Assembly (NCBI GenBank): GCA_009103225.1
Contig: RHPI01000935.1
Location: 1-63,746, forward strand
Origin: Chlorokybus atmophyticus
Lineage: Eukaryota > Plantae > Mesostigma and Chlorokybus algae
Length of the DNA stretch: 63,746 nucleotides
Reading direction: 5' to 3'
Below the pieces are notes generated by a model that was given only the letters and a program-made list of their open reading frames with translations, ran no database searches and had not been told where the DNA came from. How positions within the stretch are numbered: the first letter of the stretch is position 1; each line of letters begins with the position of its first letter. A program made the translations under genes and the position numbers. Shown piece after piece: positions 23,421 through 38,614 of this stretch.

Positions 23421-26400
23421 ATGGCTTCTCAGGTGATATGCTTGCTGTGTCGGGTCTGCTGTGCCCAACTTCCTTGCAAAGTAAGAGGTGTGTGGAGTCT
23501 CAAAGGGGATGGGTCCATATGGCAGGGCGTGTCTAGGACTGGAGCCTTTGCGGCGTTTAATCAGCCCCAAGCCAGCAGAACTAGCGCAAGCGTGCTCTAT
23601 TCTGACGACGAGAAGCAGCACCTGCGTCGTGCGAATCAAAGCTATCAAGATCTTCAACTGGCCAGTGCCGGCAGCTCACAAGAGCTGGATCACCAGGCCG
23701 AGCAGCAGCTGCTGGACAATAGGAGCGGAATACCAGTGGTCAAGCAGGTGATCCTAGCAACTACCCCCGCACTCACCATGTAACCCTCGAGCACAGACAC
23801 GCATGAACAATTGCACAAACGCGCGCACACACGTGCACGCAACGCGCATATCCATCCGTATGGAGGGCACGTACAGCCAACCACATTGAATGACCCCTCC
23901 GTCCTACTATGCTGTACAAACACTGATATGCCAATGTGAGTTGGACAAGTGGGTCGTGGCCACCAACAACTGTCTGGCAGGTCCTCAAAGTATTTGGAAT
24001 CATTGCTGGAACAGGCTTGCTTCTCGGTGGTATGTACTCAATCCTTGTCATTCCGGCAGTGAGCGTTGCCAAGAACAGCTGTCGTTTCACACTGCCTGAA
24101 GTGAACGCAGGCCACCAAACGGTAAGGACAACATTGCAGCGACAAAACTATGGTGCTATAGCCTAAGCAGATGAACTTGCTGTACACGCAATCCCAATCG
24201 GCTAAAGCTGCTCTTATGTGCACGCAGGCATGGACAAACTGCCTCATGCTGGTTTCTGTCGACAAGGCAATGGCCTTCTGGCGCATATACCTTCTGAACT
24301 TCTGGTGGCGGGTAACTGCCAGACGATGACCCATCGCAATTGCATAAGTTACATGTGTACACAAGGTGCCTTCGTTGAACTGCAAACTGTCTGCAGGTGT
24401 ACGGAGGAATGTTTGTTTTGGCCGAAATGCTAACAATGTAAGTTGCATAGTATATGTAAGGCCTTGCCATATGATCTTTACAAACGTAGGGGAAAGCAAC
24501 TGAGCTGGTGTATCTGTTGTGGGTTGCAGTCTTGGCTGGAGGCACTTGACTCGATACGAACAATGGACGGCCTGGACGGTGCTGGTATGGGGTGGCTTGG
24601 TTTACGCTATCTGTGAGTCCGCTCCCGTCCTATTCTTGGAGGCCTAGTGCGCGCATATGAGGCGCTTATTGCAACTGTAACACATGTCCTCGCTTGCAGA
24701 TCCTCTTATTGGCAGTTCCTACGCTGGAGTTCATTTCCTGTGGAGTGGCTACCCACAAAGCCTGTGGTGCTTCTGGAAATTCTCCAAAGTGACAGCACGC
24801 GAAATTGCCGAGTCTCGCGTAAGTCAGCGCTGCGTGCATCATGCCTGCATGACCTCATTATGACCTCATGGTAATTGCCAAGCAGCGCTAACATGTTCTT
24901 TCCTGGTGCAGTATGCAAGAGTGTACATGTCAGGCATTATTGTCCTAGGTTTCCTACAAGCCTTTTACCTGGTGCGTTGTTCATGCTATCTTACTGACAT
25001 CCCCTACAACAGCTTGAGGTGAAGTTCCTTAACCTTATGTCCAATGGCACTGCAGGCGGCAATTCAGTATGTTCTCTCACCTTCTGCAAGCGATACAGAG
25101 CGCACACTGTTCCGTCTTGTCCTGCACCCTGCGACCTGGTACGTCAGATGCCGCGTGACATCATCTTACCAGCGATGTAACTGAGCGGTGCATCATGCGG
25201 TAATGTGCACAGCCTAGGACGCTTGCAATAAAAGTAGAGACGTTGTGCCAGATGCAGCAAAGTGATTACACCTGGCTGCGTGTGAAACGCTTGCCCATGA
25301 TCATAAACTGTGATAGGTTCACTTGCTACACGTGTTCAGCGTTTTGACCATGGGTAGGCTCATAGCCGAGAAGTTGGCATTGCTGCCACTAATCCATTCG
25401 AGAAGATTGTAAACAAGCAACTCTGTGTGGTCGCCTGTTCAAGTGCAATTACTCCATCTCTTCTCCTACATCATGTTCGCTCACTTTGTGTGTGCATCAC
25501 TCAGGGAAGCAGTCCTCTCCTTTTATCGTGAAGCTGCCCGTGGGATCCATGAAGACGTTGGGCCTCGCAAGGTAATTTGGGGGTGGGCCCTTCGTGTTGC
25601 TTGCGTCAGCACAAGATGTAGTGTTAAGTGTCATGTAAGCGTAACTTACACTCGCGGCTACTGGCAGGTCGTCTCCATGATTATGCCATTGACCATCGCA
25701 TCAATATACGGTCGCTTTCTGATCGTGCAAGTTGAGGTACGCAAGGGACTCAGGCCATGACTACAACATGCTCGGGTGGTCCGGCCTCTGCGGTGATGCA
25801 AGCCTTCAAGTGATTGTCACTACCATGCAGAACGTTGGTGACATCTTCCTTCTCAACGTCACCCTGGCGCTCTTTGAGACAATGGGCAGACTCACCACTA
25901 GGGACAAGGACGCATGGTGAGTTGGCATGCTGTACAACTCAACAACCTATATGTGTTGGTTCTCACCATCATTGTTCGGAGGCAGGTTTGTGCGCATCCT
26001 GCGCGGCCCGCGCCGCATGGAGATAAATCTTGCGGAGGAGCGCTGCCGTGAAGTCAGACAGTACTACACGTTTTTGGCCATGCTGGTTGATTACGCCGGT
26101 ACGCTCCGCAGTACTGGATGGTGCTTCCACTTCACAAGTATCACCCAGTTCCCAGCGGTGAAGAAGCCGTGTATATACCCATGCATGGTAGTACCAACAT
26201 CATGTTCCCCCCTCCCCCCCTCTTTCAGGTACAGTTCTAGCGGCTATATTCTACTACTGGTCGAGAATCTCTGCTGGCGGGAAGGTCCCGTCTGTGTCGC
26301 TGGTGAGGATTGATGTTGGAACATTGCGTTGTTGTCACGTCTGTAGCAGCAGCTGCACAAGCGCATTACAAATTACCATATCATTGGCCTGTGGTGCAGG

Positions 26401-27016
26401 TGTTCGGCAACATGTTGGTCCAACTCTTCACTAACGCCATCGCTGATCTGGTCAGTCAGCCTCAAATGCATAAACCGATTGCAGTTGTGTGCATGTAGTG
26501 CTGGTGTCAAGGCACGCTTGAGTCAACTGTACGAGCCTGGGTACGTTTGGTTGTGATTCCACGTGATGTGACTACCTTGCAGGCAAACATGAGCTTTGAT
26601 GTCAAGTTTCATGGGCTCACGTTTATGGAGCCCCTCAAGAAAGGTATACCACACTCGTGCAAAACATCAAATGTTAATTCTGTTAATCTTTCATGCAACG
26701 CATCGCGCTTCTGTATCTATTGTCTAATGTCTCTGCGTGCGGTCCTCAGCCCTCAAATACCCCAAAACGCTTGCCCTGTGCCTTCTGGAGTTCCTGCTGG
26801 GAGGGTAAGCAGCAGCTTGTGATTGGTACATGTTTGCAGGTGTGCATGCAGGTTGTGCCCTTGATTATGGTGAAATATCTTTGTTGTGTCACATGCTCAA
26901 TCTCACACTTGTCTGCGCTATGCAGCGCTTTCGTCATCTGGCAAGTGCTCAACATATTCTGCCCGCTTGAAGACGAGAAGGGCCGCATACTGCTTCAGTT
27001 CTGTCCGCAGTTATAA
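23421..27016 (+). CDS. Uncharacterised multi-exon, multi-pass membrane protein
   Basis: GT-AG exons join in frame into hydrophobic segments: VLKVFGIIAGTGLLLGG, AWTNCLMLVSVDKAMAFWRIYLLNFWWR, VYGGMFVLAEMLT, QWTAWTVLVWGGLVYAI, VVSMIMPLTIASIYGRFLIV, YYTFLAMLVDYAG, VFGNMLVQLFTNAIADL; last frame stops at 27016. Confidence 0.65.
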
Positions 27017-27280
27017 ATTGCCCCTATCAGGTGCTGTTACAGTCCTGACCACAAATAGCTGCAGGTCGTGTTTGTTACTCTTACTCAATCATCCACACAA
27101 CGCAGCGATCGGCTGTTGTGCACTGCATTTAGACCGCTCAAGGCGCTCAACTTGAAGCACTGATTGGGTAGATATTCAGATATGACATTGGGTGTAAGTG
27201 AGATTAATTGTTCATTGAAACTTGGGCACGGCTGTAAGCAAGGTAGGTAAGTTGCATTGCAGTACATGCTTTGTGAAGTG

Positions 27281-29750
27281 TTAGATTAACACGGAGAGAG
27301 CTTGAAATCTCATCTCGCGTGCAATGGCGCGTCCATTGGCGTATTGCCCTGAGGTGCACCATTGTGAGTTGGTTGGCGCCAATGTTAGTGTGGCCACTGG
27401 CACTGGCTTTGGGCATATGCTCTGTGCCACAGCAACACATCTTTGACACGCGCGCACAAAGGCATGTGCTCCCAAGGCACACATCACCGCAGAAGCTTGC
27501 CACTAGGCAGGGTTGCACAGACAAAACAACACAAGTACATTGTGCACAAGTAAACAAGTTGAACTTCAAGTAGTAAATACAAGTCGTGGGGTCTAACAAC
27601 CGAATATGGCAGTTGCCATACCTGCTGGAACAGGGCTGGAGTAATGCAAGGAGAAACCAGCGGAAACTTCAAGACTGTGAGTGCTGCTGATCGCTTCATG
27701 AACTGCTCTACTGCCAGTGTTGTTTCAATAACCTGCACACACAGCACGCACCGCAAGAGCCTCTTGCTGAGCGCCCGCACGTGCAGTCTGTCAACATAAC
27801 CAAAGCTCCCAGAATCTGGCTTGATGATAGGCCGCTCAAAGGAAAGATGGCAGTTGCATCCATTGAGGGACACAACCTGTACGGTTCCAGCTGCGTTTGC
27901 GAGCACATTGCGTTACATACACAGTGCTTGACATACATCGACCACATGCATATGCGCACACGCACTACTCCACACAGGGTGGTTGCCTTGCTCGCCGGGC
28001 TGCTGCAATAGCTGCTGCAATGGCGCTGACCGCTTTCAGCCCGTGCGAGACATGCACCGACAACAGGACCTGGCGTTGACACATCACTGATGTCAACACA
28101 GGTTCTATTGCTGTTGGGACAATGCAACAGCAATAGAATCCGATGACGATGTTGTAGTCGTCGACGAAGATCATAGACTCATGCGCACAATACATTGACT
28201 CCAACAACATCCATTTCCTGAACACACGCATGGATCCCCCCCCTCCCCCCCAAATACACGCGGGCACGCAGCCGCGCACCCACACTCCCACGCACGCGCG
28301 CATGTGTGCACATGCAGGGGGGGGGGGGGGGGGGGGANNNNNNNNNNNNNNNNNNNNNNNNNNNNNNNNNNNNNNNNNNNNNNNNNNNNNGGGGGGGGGG
28401 GGGGGGGGGGGGGGGGGGGTAATGTGCACATGGTGCGTGTACGTGTGCATGCCTGTGGCTACCACTCACCTTGGAGACGCAGACGCAAATGCATCTGAAA
28501 CGATTGCCAGTCCCGCTCATCCATTTTGCAAAGAGCCTCCACACGCGTGTACGCTGTACACGCGTGTGACAACAGTCCAGAAGACTCACATTCATACAAT
28601 TATGGTCATGAGGTGTCCCACAATGGATGCCGTGCAACACGACATTGCGAGCCCCACGTAAGTGCGTGAGATACACGAGCTGATGTGTCACATACGCCAC
28701 GCCATACTGACATATCTGCGTGTGAAGGCTACACACAAAAAAATCAGATTCATAACTCCGTAAGGATTTGTACCTGCGTGAACACGCGTGTTGCAGTCCA
28801 TTGGCTGCAAGAAAGTTCTTCATGAAGCCCTGTTTAAGTCAAGTTAGGGCTTGAGCGAGCACGCAGTGTACTACACAGCATGCGTGTTAAGCCAAGCATG
28901 CAAAAGGACAACCATTTTGTTCACCTCTGATGATGACTTGAAGCATGACAGTGTGTTCAACAAGCACAAGTCTGTCATGCTGACGACCCAACCCACCGCC
29001 AATTGACGGTTCTAACGACGCCCGTGTGATGTCTCACCTTGGTGTTTAAGTGGGCCTTTCTCCCTCCCTTCTGCCTCCCCTCCTAGCTTTTCCTGAGGAC
29101 TCTCCTTCATGCATACCCCACGCACATGCGCGCGTGCAGACACACGCAGGAACAACTACACCCCTGCACTGAGCGCACACATGAGCGCACGTGCGCCAAC
29201 AATGCGTGTGCGAAAGAGAGCGGGAGAGATCGTCCACGCCCACGCCCACGACCACACCGCGCGTGCATGTGTGTGATACATACAATCGCACAGTGAGCAT
29301 GGCATGCTACGTATACACATGTGTATGTGTGTACGTACATGTCTGTACACAGACATCCAAATTGCGTGATTGTGTGAGGGGAAACAGAGAGGTAGAGAGG
29401 CTTGCGTTGCTTACTTGTTGAAATCTACACACAGAGTTCAGCTTGTAGCCCAGCCAACAACGCCCTTGATTCAAGTAGGATTTTAAAGTAGGATGACCAC
29501 ACTCCGCATGCATGCTGCTGTGAGACTATGCATGCTCGCTTGCTAGGAACAAATGCGTGTGCAAAATCTGTGGCAGCATTCGCAGAGGCAGAGCTTACAT
29601 GCAGATGTACTGGGTGTGCACCTTGTGGTGACACCTTGACGAGCATCCCACCTGTGGCGTGCAATCTATTGCCTTCTTCTTCTTCTTCTTCTTTTGCTGC
29701 TGCCGCTGTAATTCGTCTGCATGTTGTTGGTGTAGAGTCTGACTGACGCA
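27281..29750 (-). CDS. Probable spliced gene or pseudogene of unknown function, interrupted by an assembly gap
   Basis: Exon-like blocks with canonical splice sites (GFMKNFLAANGLQHACSR|gtac; VIETTLAVEQFMKRSAALTVLKFPLVSPCITPALFQQ|gtat); frame not fully reconstructed. Confidence 0.35.
28338..28390. other. Assembly gap flanked by poly-G
   Basis: N run. Confidence 0.99.
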
Positions 29751-29998
29751 TTGTGAGTCCACGTCAGCCGGTGACTATGAGATAGCCGGTTAGCAACTGC
29801 CACCCCCACAACAAGAACAAGAAGCAGAACGTCATGAGCCATGACACATGCGTACACGGGCTACCTGCATTGTGTGACGCACAGATGGAGTCAGCCATAT
29901 AAGCGTGCTTCATGTGCTGCATCCAACCGCAATGCAGCGCAGTGTGCTACAACACCAACACACATATACCGTCACGTGGTGTGTGTGTGTGGGGGGGN

Positions 29999-31268
<1,270 letters not shown>

Positions 31269-32809
31269 CCACGTCATGTAATGTCATGGAGAGACCGTTT
31301 GCCTGGAACCTTGTCTTCTTCCCCGCCGGTAATACAGATAGAAGTCAGGACAACATATAAACATATACACACGCGCGCATGCGCAAATGCAGTCTGCAAG
31401 GCAGCTACATGCCACGAACCTTGCAGCGGAGAAACTTTGCTGCTTGAAGCAGCAAGCTAGGACACGCAGCCTTGAGCCCCGATACAATCTTGGCATAACG
31501 GGATGCCTCTCTCAGAATGTGCAATGCATGCAACACGCTGTAGTGACGCTCTCAGCAGCCAAGTTCACAGACGTTAAGACGGACTATTGATATGCAATTT
31601 TGTTCGACACCATGCTGTATACTACAACTGCCCACCTGTGTGCGCCGCCTCTGCTGACTCTGTTGTCAAGCCCCTTTTCCTGTCCCTCCTCCTCTCCGCG
31701 TTCTTCACGTTTGTGTGTACAGTGTCACACCTTGTCTCCCTCCCGGACTGGGACATGTGACATACTAGTGGTCGATCATTATCAGTGTGAGGTCTGTCAG
31801 CAACATCATCTTGCTTTGATTGTAATTGATTGTAATCCTGGCAGGTAATGCGAATGTGCAGCCGCGAATACGTGCTTCAGCACACATTGGAGGCACATCA
31901 GCCAGCCATTGCTGCGCTGCATGCGCAGGCACAGTGCGCTCTCTCACTCCAAGTGCAGCACATGGTTCGTCACAGCAGAAGACAGACATGTGCAATCAGG
32001 TGCGGAAGCTCATCAGTAACCTGTACTGCGTTACACAGCACATTGCAGTTCATCACCATTGGAACCGCCAAAGTCAGCACGCCAACAGTGGTTGAACCAT
32101 GCAGCAAGAGCTGAAGGACTTAGGCGCCGTCCATCAAAACAAGGCCTTCCCAACAGTGTATTTCTCTCGCTACAAAACAGCAACATTCCCCCAGGTGCAA
32201 GCACAGACATGTGGGAGGTGCAGTGCGAGGTGGAGCTTTACTTGCCACGCACGTGTCTCACCAGCATGCTGCATTTATTGGCTAGAGATCGGCGCTAGAG
32301 ATCAGGGAAGCATGGGGTGTACCTGGCCATGGGTCAGCACGGGAAGTCGCACAGTCCGTATGTTGCTTTAAGCAGGGTTGCTCCGAGACACCTTGAAGAT
32401 GTGCTCGCTTGCTCCCTCAGGATTTTAGCCTATATAACAACTCAAAGCGCTGAACAGGCGTCTCACTCAACACTTACTGGCTGATGAATATAGATGCACA
32501 TGGTGAACGGGCACGTTGCCGGTTAATACCATCTTGGTAGGCGTAGGAACTATGCGGTTTTGAGAGGTTGAGAGAGAGTAAGAGATTATTATGCACTCTC
32601 AGGCGCCTGCTAAGACACACACAGAAAATTTGCATGCCACAGAGCAGGCAGCATGATAGGCACGCACACAACAACGCTCGCAGCCCAAGACCCGCACGTC
32701 CACTCACCCACAAACACTCATGATCAAGAATGCGTACGCACGCACGGACACTTGCACATGAACACGCAGGCGAGCACACAGGCGGCTGTGCAACAGCGTA
32801 CCTTATCAA

Positions 32810-33350
32810 AAGAAAAGGTTGCGCTGTTGGAGCTGAGTGCCTGCGGGCATGCATGCGTGGCACGTGCAGTGGGTGGTAGGCCAGCTGCAGAGGGAGAGGG
32901 AGAGGGAGAGGGGGCAAGAGATTGCTGTGTGTTGTGACTACAAAAAAACGCTCCTGTAAAGCAACAGCATGTCTGCTCAGTCAAGACACTGGCGCACACG
33001 CGTGCGCGCGCACACACACTGTGCTGGACACACAAGCGCGCACGTGTGCGGTCCCTGGTCAGTATGCTTGCGTACTTACATGTCCACGGACTCGACTAGA
33101 AAGCAGGGAGACAGTTGGAACTTACCAGCCAGACCCTTGTAGAGATCTGTAAACTTGTTGGCAACAGCGCATGCAGACCCGCGTGTACTCGCCAGCCGAT
33201 GGTTTGCGGGGAAGTCAGTCCCAGCAGCAAGCAGGGTGGTGGCTTCATCCAAGCTGTTCGCCAACAATGCCTGTTTTTCGCCTGCGAGATACACCACGCG
33301 AGACTCATGCAAGCAACCATACAGTGCATATCCATGGAACAGTGAGTGCT
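32810..33350 (-). other. Two exon-like segments of an unidentified gene fragment
   Basis: HSLFHGYALYGCLHESRVVYLAGEKQALLANSLDEATTLLAAGTDFPANHRL...KGLAG|gtaag joins in frame to GAFFCSHNTQQ...FSFDK|gtacg. Confidence 0.35.
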
Positions 33351-33719
33351 GTACTGCTAGTAGGCGATACTGCTGCATGCAGGGCTTGTGAAGTAGAGTA
33401 AGCAGGAAACAGGCCAACAATGTGTTGCTGTACGCAATTGTACAGCACGAAGAGCAAGGCACTCCCCAACGGACACGCAGATTCGCGTCCTGCGCTTGCA
33501 TGTACCGTGTTGGCTCGATGGTCGCTCGCTGCACCTGTGTGTGCGCACACACATATGCGCATTATCTCACAACATGCCTTTGAGTTGCACCCAGTGGGTT
33601 GAATCTGGCTCACACCCTGGCGGTAACCCATTCGATGTGGCACTGTGTGGCACATAGCCTGTGCGTGCAAGCGACACACAATGTGTCGCTTGCATACACA
33701 GGCCGCGTTCCCTTTCTGT

Positions 33720-34620
33720 GGTGTTACACGAGAAGAAGGAGAACGGAAGGGCAAGGGAGTGCCTTGTTCTCCTGCGCGGCAGAAAGCGGGAGAGCGCGTG
33801 GTAAACCAGGACAAGGCGAGAAAGCTGGCGAAGAGAGAGGGCGGGAGAATGGAGAAGAAGGGAGAGTGGGAGAGAGACACTTTTCGTCTAGGACATCAAC
33901 GATGAAGGCTGGGAGCCCTAGAGGGGGATAGCGCGGGATACAGGTGCGTGCGTGCGTGCGTGCGTGTCCGGGACAGGAAGACAGAGGGAGAGGAGCCATA
34001 AAGAGGAGAGTGACCCGAGCGAGATGGATAGGGACAGCATATCGCTCATAGTTCTTTTTGCCAAGGGACGGGGAGGGGAAGGGAGAGAGAGGGGATACCT
34101 GCAGCTGCCTTCCGAAGGCATCCCTGAGAAGGCGAGAGATGGAGAGACCCAGACAGGATTGGGGGCAGACAGATGACGGAGGGGAGGAGGCCGAGGGCGG
34201 CGGCAAGAGAGGGTGAGGGCAGTTTTTCCTTCCCCTCTCTCCCTGACGATGGAGGGAGCGAGAGACAGTGAGCGGTCCCGAGCAAAGGGCAAAGGGATGG
34301 GGAGACAGAGAAAGCGTGTGAAAGAGGGTGGGTGGAAGCCCAGGAAGGAGAGGAAGAGGGAGAGGGAGAGGGAGAGCTATATGAGAAGTCCTTTCCTTCG
34401 AGGAAAGAGCGGGGGAGAGGGACGGGACCAAGGGAACCTCCTCAATGCCTCCCAGATGGAGCGAAACAGGGAGAGAAAGAAGGCAGAGGGAAGAACGGCT
34501 GGACGTGGAGAGAATGCCAGAGCGAGAGCGACAGTGAGGGAGAAGGAGACGGAGAAGGAAAAGGAAAAGGGAAGGGAAGGGAAGGGAAGGGAAGAGGGAG
34601 AAGATTGAAGAAAATAGAAA
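33720..34620. repeat. Purine-rich (GA/GGA-rich) complex repeat; similar tracts at ~36240-36540, ~36900-37200 and ~38640-38800
   Basis: Strong purine strand bias; shared short words such as gattggggg. Confidence 0.65.
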
Positions 34621-34663
34621 GGGCAATGGATAAATATAATATAAGGTCATCTTAATATTTTTA

Positions 34664-35153
34664 NNNNNNNNNNNNNNNNNNNNNNNNNNNNNNNNNNNNN
34701 NNNNNNNNNNNNNNNNNNNNNNNNNNNNNNNNNNNNNNNNNNNNNNNNNNNNNNNNNNNNNNNNNNNNNNNNNNNNNNNNNNNNNNNNNNNNNNNNNNNN
34801 NNNNNNNNNNNNNNNNNNNNNNNNNNNNNNNNNNNNNNNNNNNNNNNNNNNNNNNNNNNNNNNNNNNNNNNNNNNNNNNNNNNNNNNNNNNNNNNNNNNN
34901 NNNNNNNNNNNNNNNNNNNNNNNNNNNNNNNNNNNNNNNNNNNNNNNNNNNNNNNNNNNNNNNNNNNNNNNNNNNNNNNNNNNNNNNNNNNNNNNNNNNN
35001 NNNNNNNNNNNNNNNNNNNNNNNNNNNNNNNNNNNNNNNNNNNNNNNNNNNNNNNNNNNNNNNNNNNNNNNNNNNNNNNNNNNNNNNNNNNNNNNNNNNN
35101 NNNNNNNNNNNNNNNNNNNNNNNNNNNNNNNNNNNNNNNNNNNNNNNNNNNNN
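34664..35153. other. Assembly gap
   Basis: N run. Confidence 0.99.
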
Positions 35154-37197
35154 GGGGTCCCCACGTGCGCGTGCGTGAGCAAGCAAGACTCTCGATGATG
35201 CCACTCGATTTACAACTCACTTTTCCGAGAGTGAGTCAGTTCCTACTCAATAAACTAGATAGAGTTGTCAAAGTCCTGCTCAATAAACTGCCTGCCGCGT
35301 TGTGGTAGCGCCATGTGGTGGTTGCTGGTTGCTTTCAGCAGCCAGGACATCCATGCATGGTCGGTCAGACGCATGCAAGGTCGCCTGCTGCAGCTTCATG
35401 TAAAGCAGCACAAAGTATGACACGTACACATGCACACATACTACAATTGCACGCAATGCGCAATCGAGAGCATAGACACATGCGGCACTTGATGGCAACC
35501 ACGAGACTCTGTCTCTCGTGTCGAAGGATATGCATGAGTACCTGGTGATGATCACGGTAGTAGCGGAAGGCCCCACGGTCAGCCCCACTGGTCTTCCTGC
35601 CACCACTGAAAGACGCATCATGTTGGCATGTGCACTGCACTCATCTGTGAGATTGGCAATTACATGTACCTGCGCAGTCCTGCAATCAGCTCCTCTTTGC
35701 CTGTGGACTCTAAGACGGACTGGGCCGCGAGCGCGAGTTCTTCTGCTCCTAGTCTATTCCTGCTCTGCAACCTGTGCACGACCATGCATGTGTGCATGTG
35801 CGCCTGCGTGCCAGGCGCACAGGCGCACAAACAAACATGCCCACGCACGCATGCACGCACGTGTACGCCGATACACACATATTCCATGCATACGCGCTCT
35901 CCCGCTCACAATGCTAACCACTCTTCATGTGACAACAACTCCTCACCGGGAAGTTGATCACGGCGTGGCAACCCCAACGGCGGACGGCTGCGCGCTCGTA
36001 TGTGCCAAGTGGTAGAGCCGTCTCCTCCTCATCTTCACAACCACATGCCATCACACCAGCACACGTTTATGTCGTGTCAACATGCACAAAAATTGACCCA
36101 CAAGCAGTGGACAGTCCTCACGTTGAGCAATGGGCTTACCAAGCCTTGTCTGAGAGATACACTGTTGAGGCCAACATCCCGCCCGCAAGTCATTCAAAGA
36201 CATGGCGTTGAATTGTCCTAAGGCAGTGTCTTGAGGCAAGCGAGAGAGAGGGAGAGAGCCTGGCTGAGCTAGATGGGATTGGGGGGCGTACAGATGGAGA
36301 AGGGGAGACAGAAAGGCCCTTTCCCGGGGTGGGAGAGAGGGAGAGGGAGAGGGAGGGCCCCTCTCCAGGAGAGGAGGAGCCTTCTCCTCAGTGAGGAGGC
36401 GGGGAAGAAGAGTAACAAGAACGGGAAAGGCAATAGGAGCCTCCTGAGTGTGGAGAGTGGAGCAGGGGGTGAAAGAAGGGAGAGGAATGCATGGATGGCT
36501 GGAGAGGGAGCGTGAGAAGAGGGGGGGAGGCGCCCGTGCTGCAACCAGACTCTTGATGATGCAACTCTGGACAAATCTCAGTTCCTATTTGATCAAGCGC
36601 ATGCCACATGGTGGCCACTTCTTCTACCGCCAGGACTGCCGTACACGGCTTGTGACATGTCAAGCAGAGACCGACATAGCCGAACAGTCTTTGAGAAAGG
36701 TGTACCACCATGCGAAGGTGGTACACCCGTACACTCTCCCGAACCTGGAAGCCTGCATGCGCCGCGGCCTCCACCCTCACACTGTCCTCCAACATTTTGT
36801 TGTTGGTGTTGGTGTCCAACATCAACGCCTAGTCGCCTTGGTGTTTGAACTGGTGAGACGGCGTGCATGTAACGAAGCATCACACTTTATGATGCGCATC
36901 GTAATCCCGAGAAGAGCAGGGAGGGGAGCAGCAGGTAGGAGAGAGGGACAGGGAGGAAGGCTGAGACACAGATGGTGTCTGGCAGACTGGGTGTATGGAG
37001 ATGAGAGCGAGAGGGTAGAGGAGGGCGATAGTCGGCTGGGAGGGAGTTTTGGAGAGCCCAAAGAGGTGGGGACTGAAATAGGAGGCCTCTGTTGTCCCTA
37101 TGAGAGAGGAGGGAGGGAGGGAGGAAGAGTAAGGAAGGGGAGAGGGCACCTCCCGCCTCTCCCCTCTCAAAGGAGATCGAGAGATCGAGATCGAGAG

Positions 37198-37768
<571 letters not shown>

Positions 37769-37809
37769 GCCCAGACTCTTTGCCCCTCTTGCAGTACTAC
37801 TGACGCTAC

Positions 37810-38614
37810 CTTGAGTTTGAGTAGCTGGAGTGGCCCGAGAGGAGACATTGTGTTGCGGTTGCGTGCGCAGATGACTGCGAGGTTGTGTTGCAGCCGCACT
37901 TGCGTTGCTGCCGGCAGCAGTGATGTGTGGCTCATCGGGTGCGTGCACCAGCTGCGCTTCTCGCCGTTTAATTTGAGGTTGAACCTCAAGAGGGGAATCT
38001 GTGAAAGCGACAGCGACAGTTCTGTCGCAACCACACGCATGCAGACACATATACGTTCGCTCATACACATGTATGTGTAAATCATTGCGTGCGTACACGT
38101 GCGCTGTGGCACGATGATACCCTTGCAAGCCCGTTTACATGTGTACACATACATGCATGCACGCACAACAAGCGCGTGTGCGTGTGTGTGGGGGGGTGAG
38201 GTGGACATGCGTGTGCAATATGGATGGTGGATCACAGGTGTACAAAGTTGGTGCATAGGGCACTTACAGTAGCCTACTGTGTGCGTGGCGCACACGGTAC
38301 TCACTGACTCACACAGACCGCTTATCAGCATGTGTACGCACACACGCGCCATGTTGCCAATGGTGTGTGCGTGTATGGGGTGGGGGAGATTGGGTGGGTG
38401 CAAGTCTGTCCATGCCCGGCAGCATGATCCGGCAGTATGATACGTGCAGGCATTCTACCTGCTGTTGGCAGAGCGCTGGAGAGTGCCGTTGTCCTCCTCC
38501 ATTGAGTATGACAGCATTGGCCAAGGAGTGAGCCTCTCATGCGCGATGCCGGTGGAAGATCTTCTTTGCATACGAAATGTTGCTCGTACCGTGCACTTGA
38601 GGTTGACAACGCAC
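37810..38614 (-). pseudogene. Inverted, intron-retaining pseudogene of the SBP-box gene at 48545-52118
   Basis: 38614-38459 matches exon 51061-51206 (gtgcgttgtca...ccggcatcgcg...aggctcactcc...cagcag|gtagaatg); 37998-37810 matches exon 51630-51729 fused to the end of exon 51815-52011 (...caaactcaag|gta); frameshifted. Confidence 0.88.

Noticed and set aside
27700-28830. TBCC/C-CAP domain
   Set aside because: Resemblance came from scattered Cys/Val residues in inconsistent frames; no continuous motif
33724-35220. Long ORFs containing X runs (also ~28 kb and ~53.5 kb)
   Set aside because: Artefacts of N gaps
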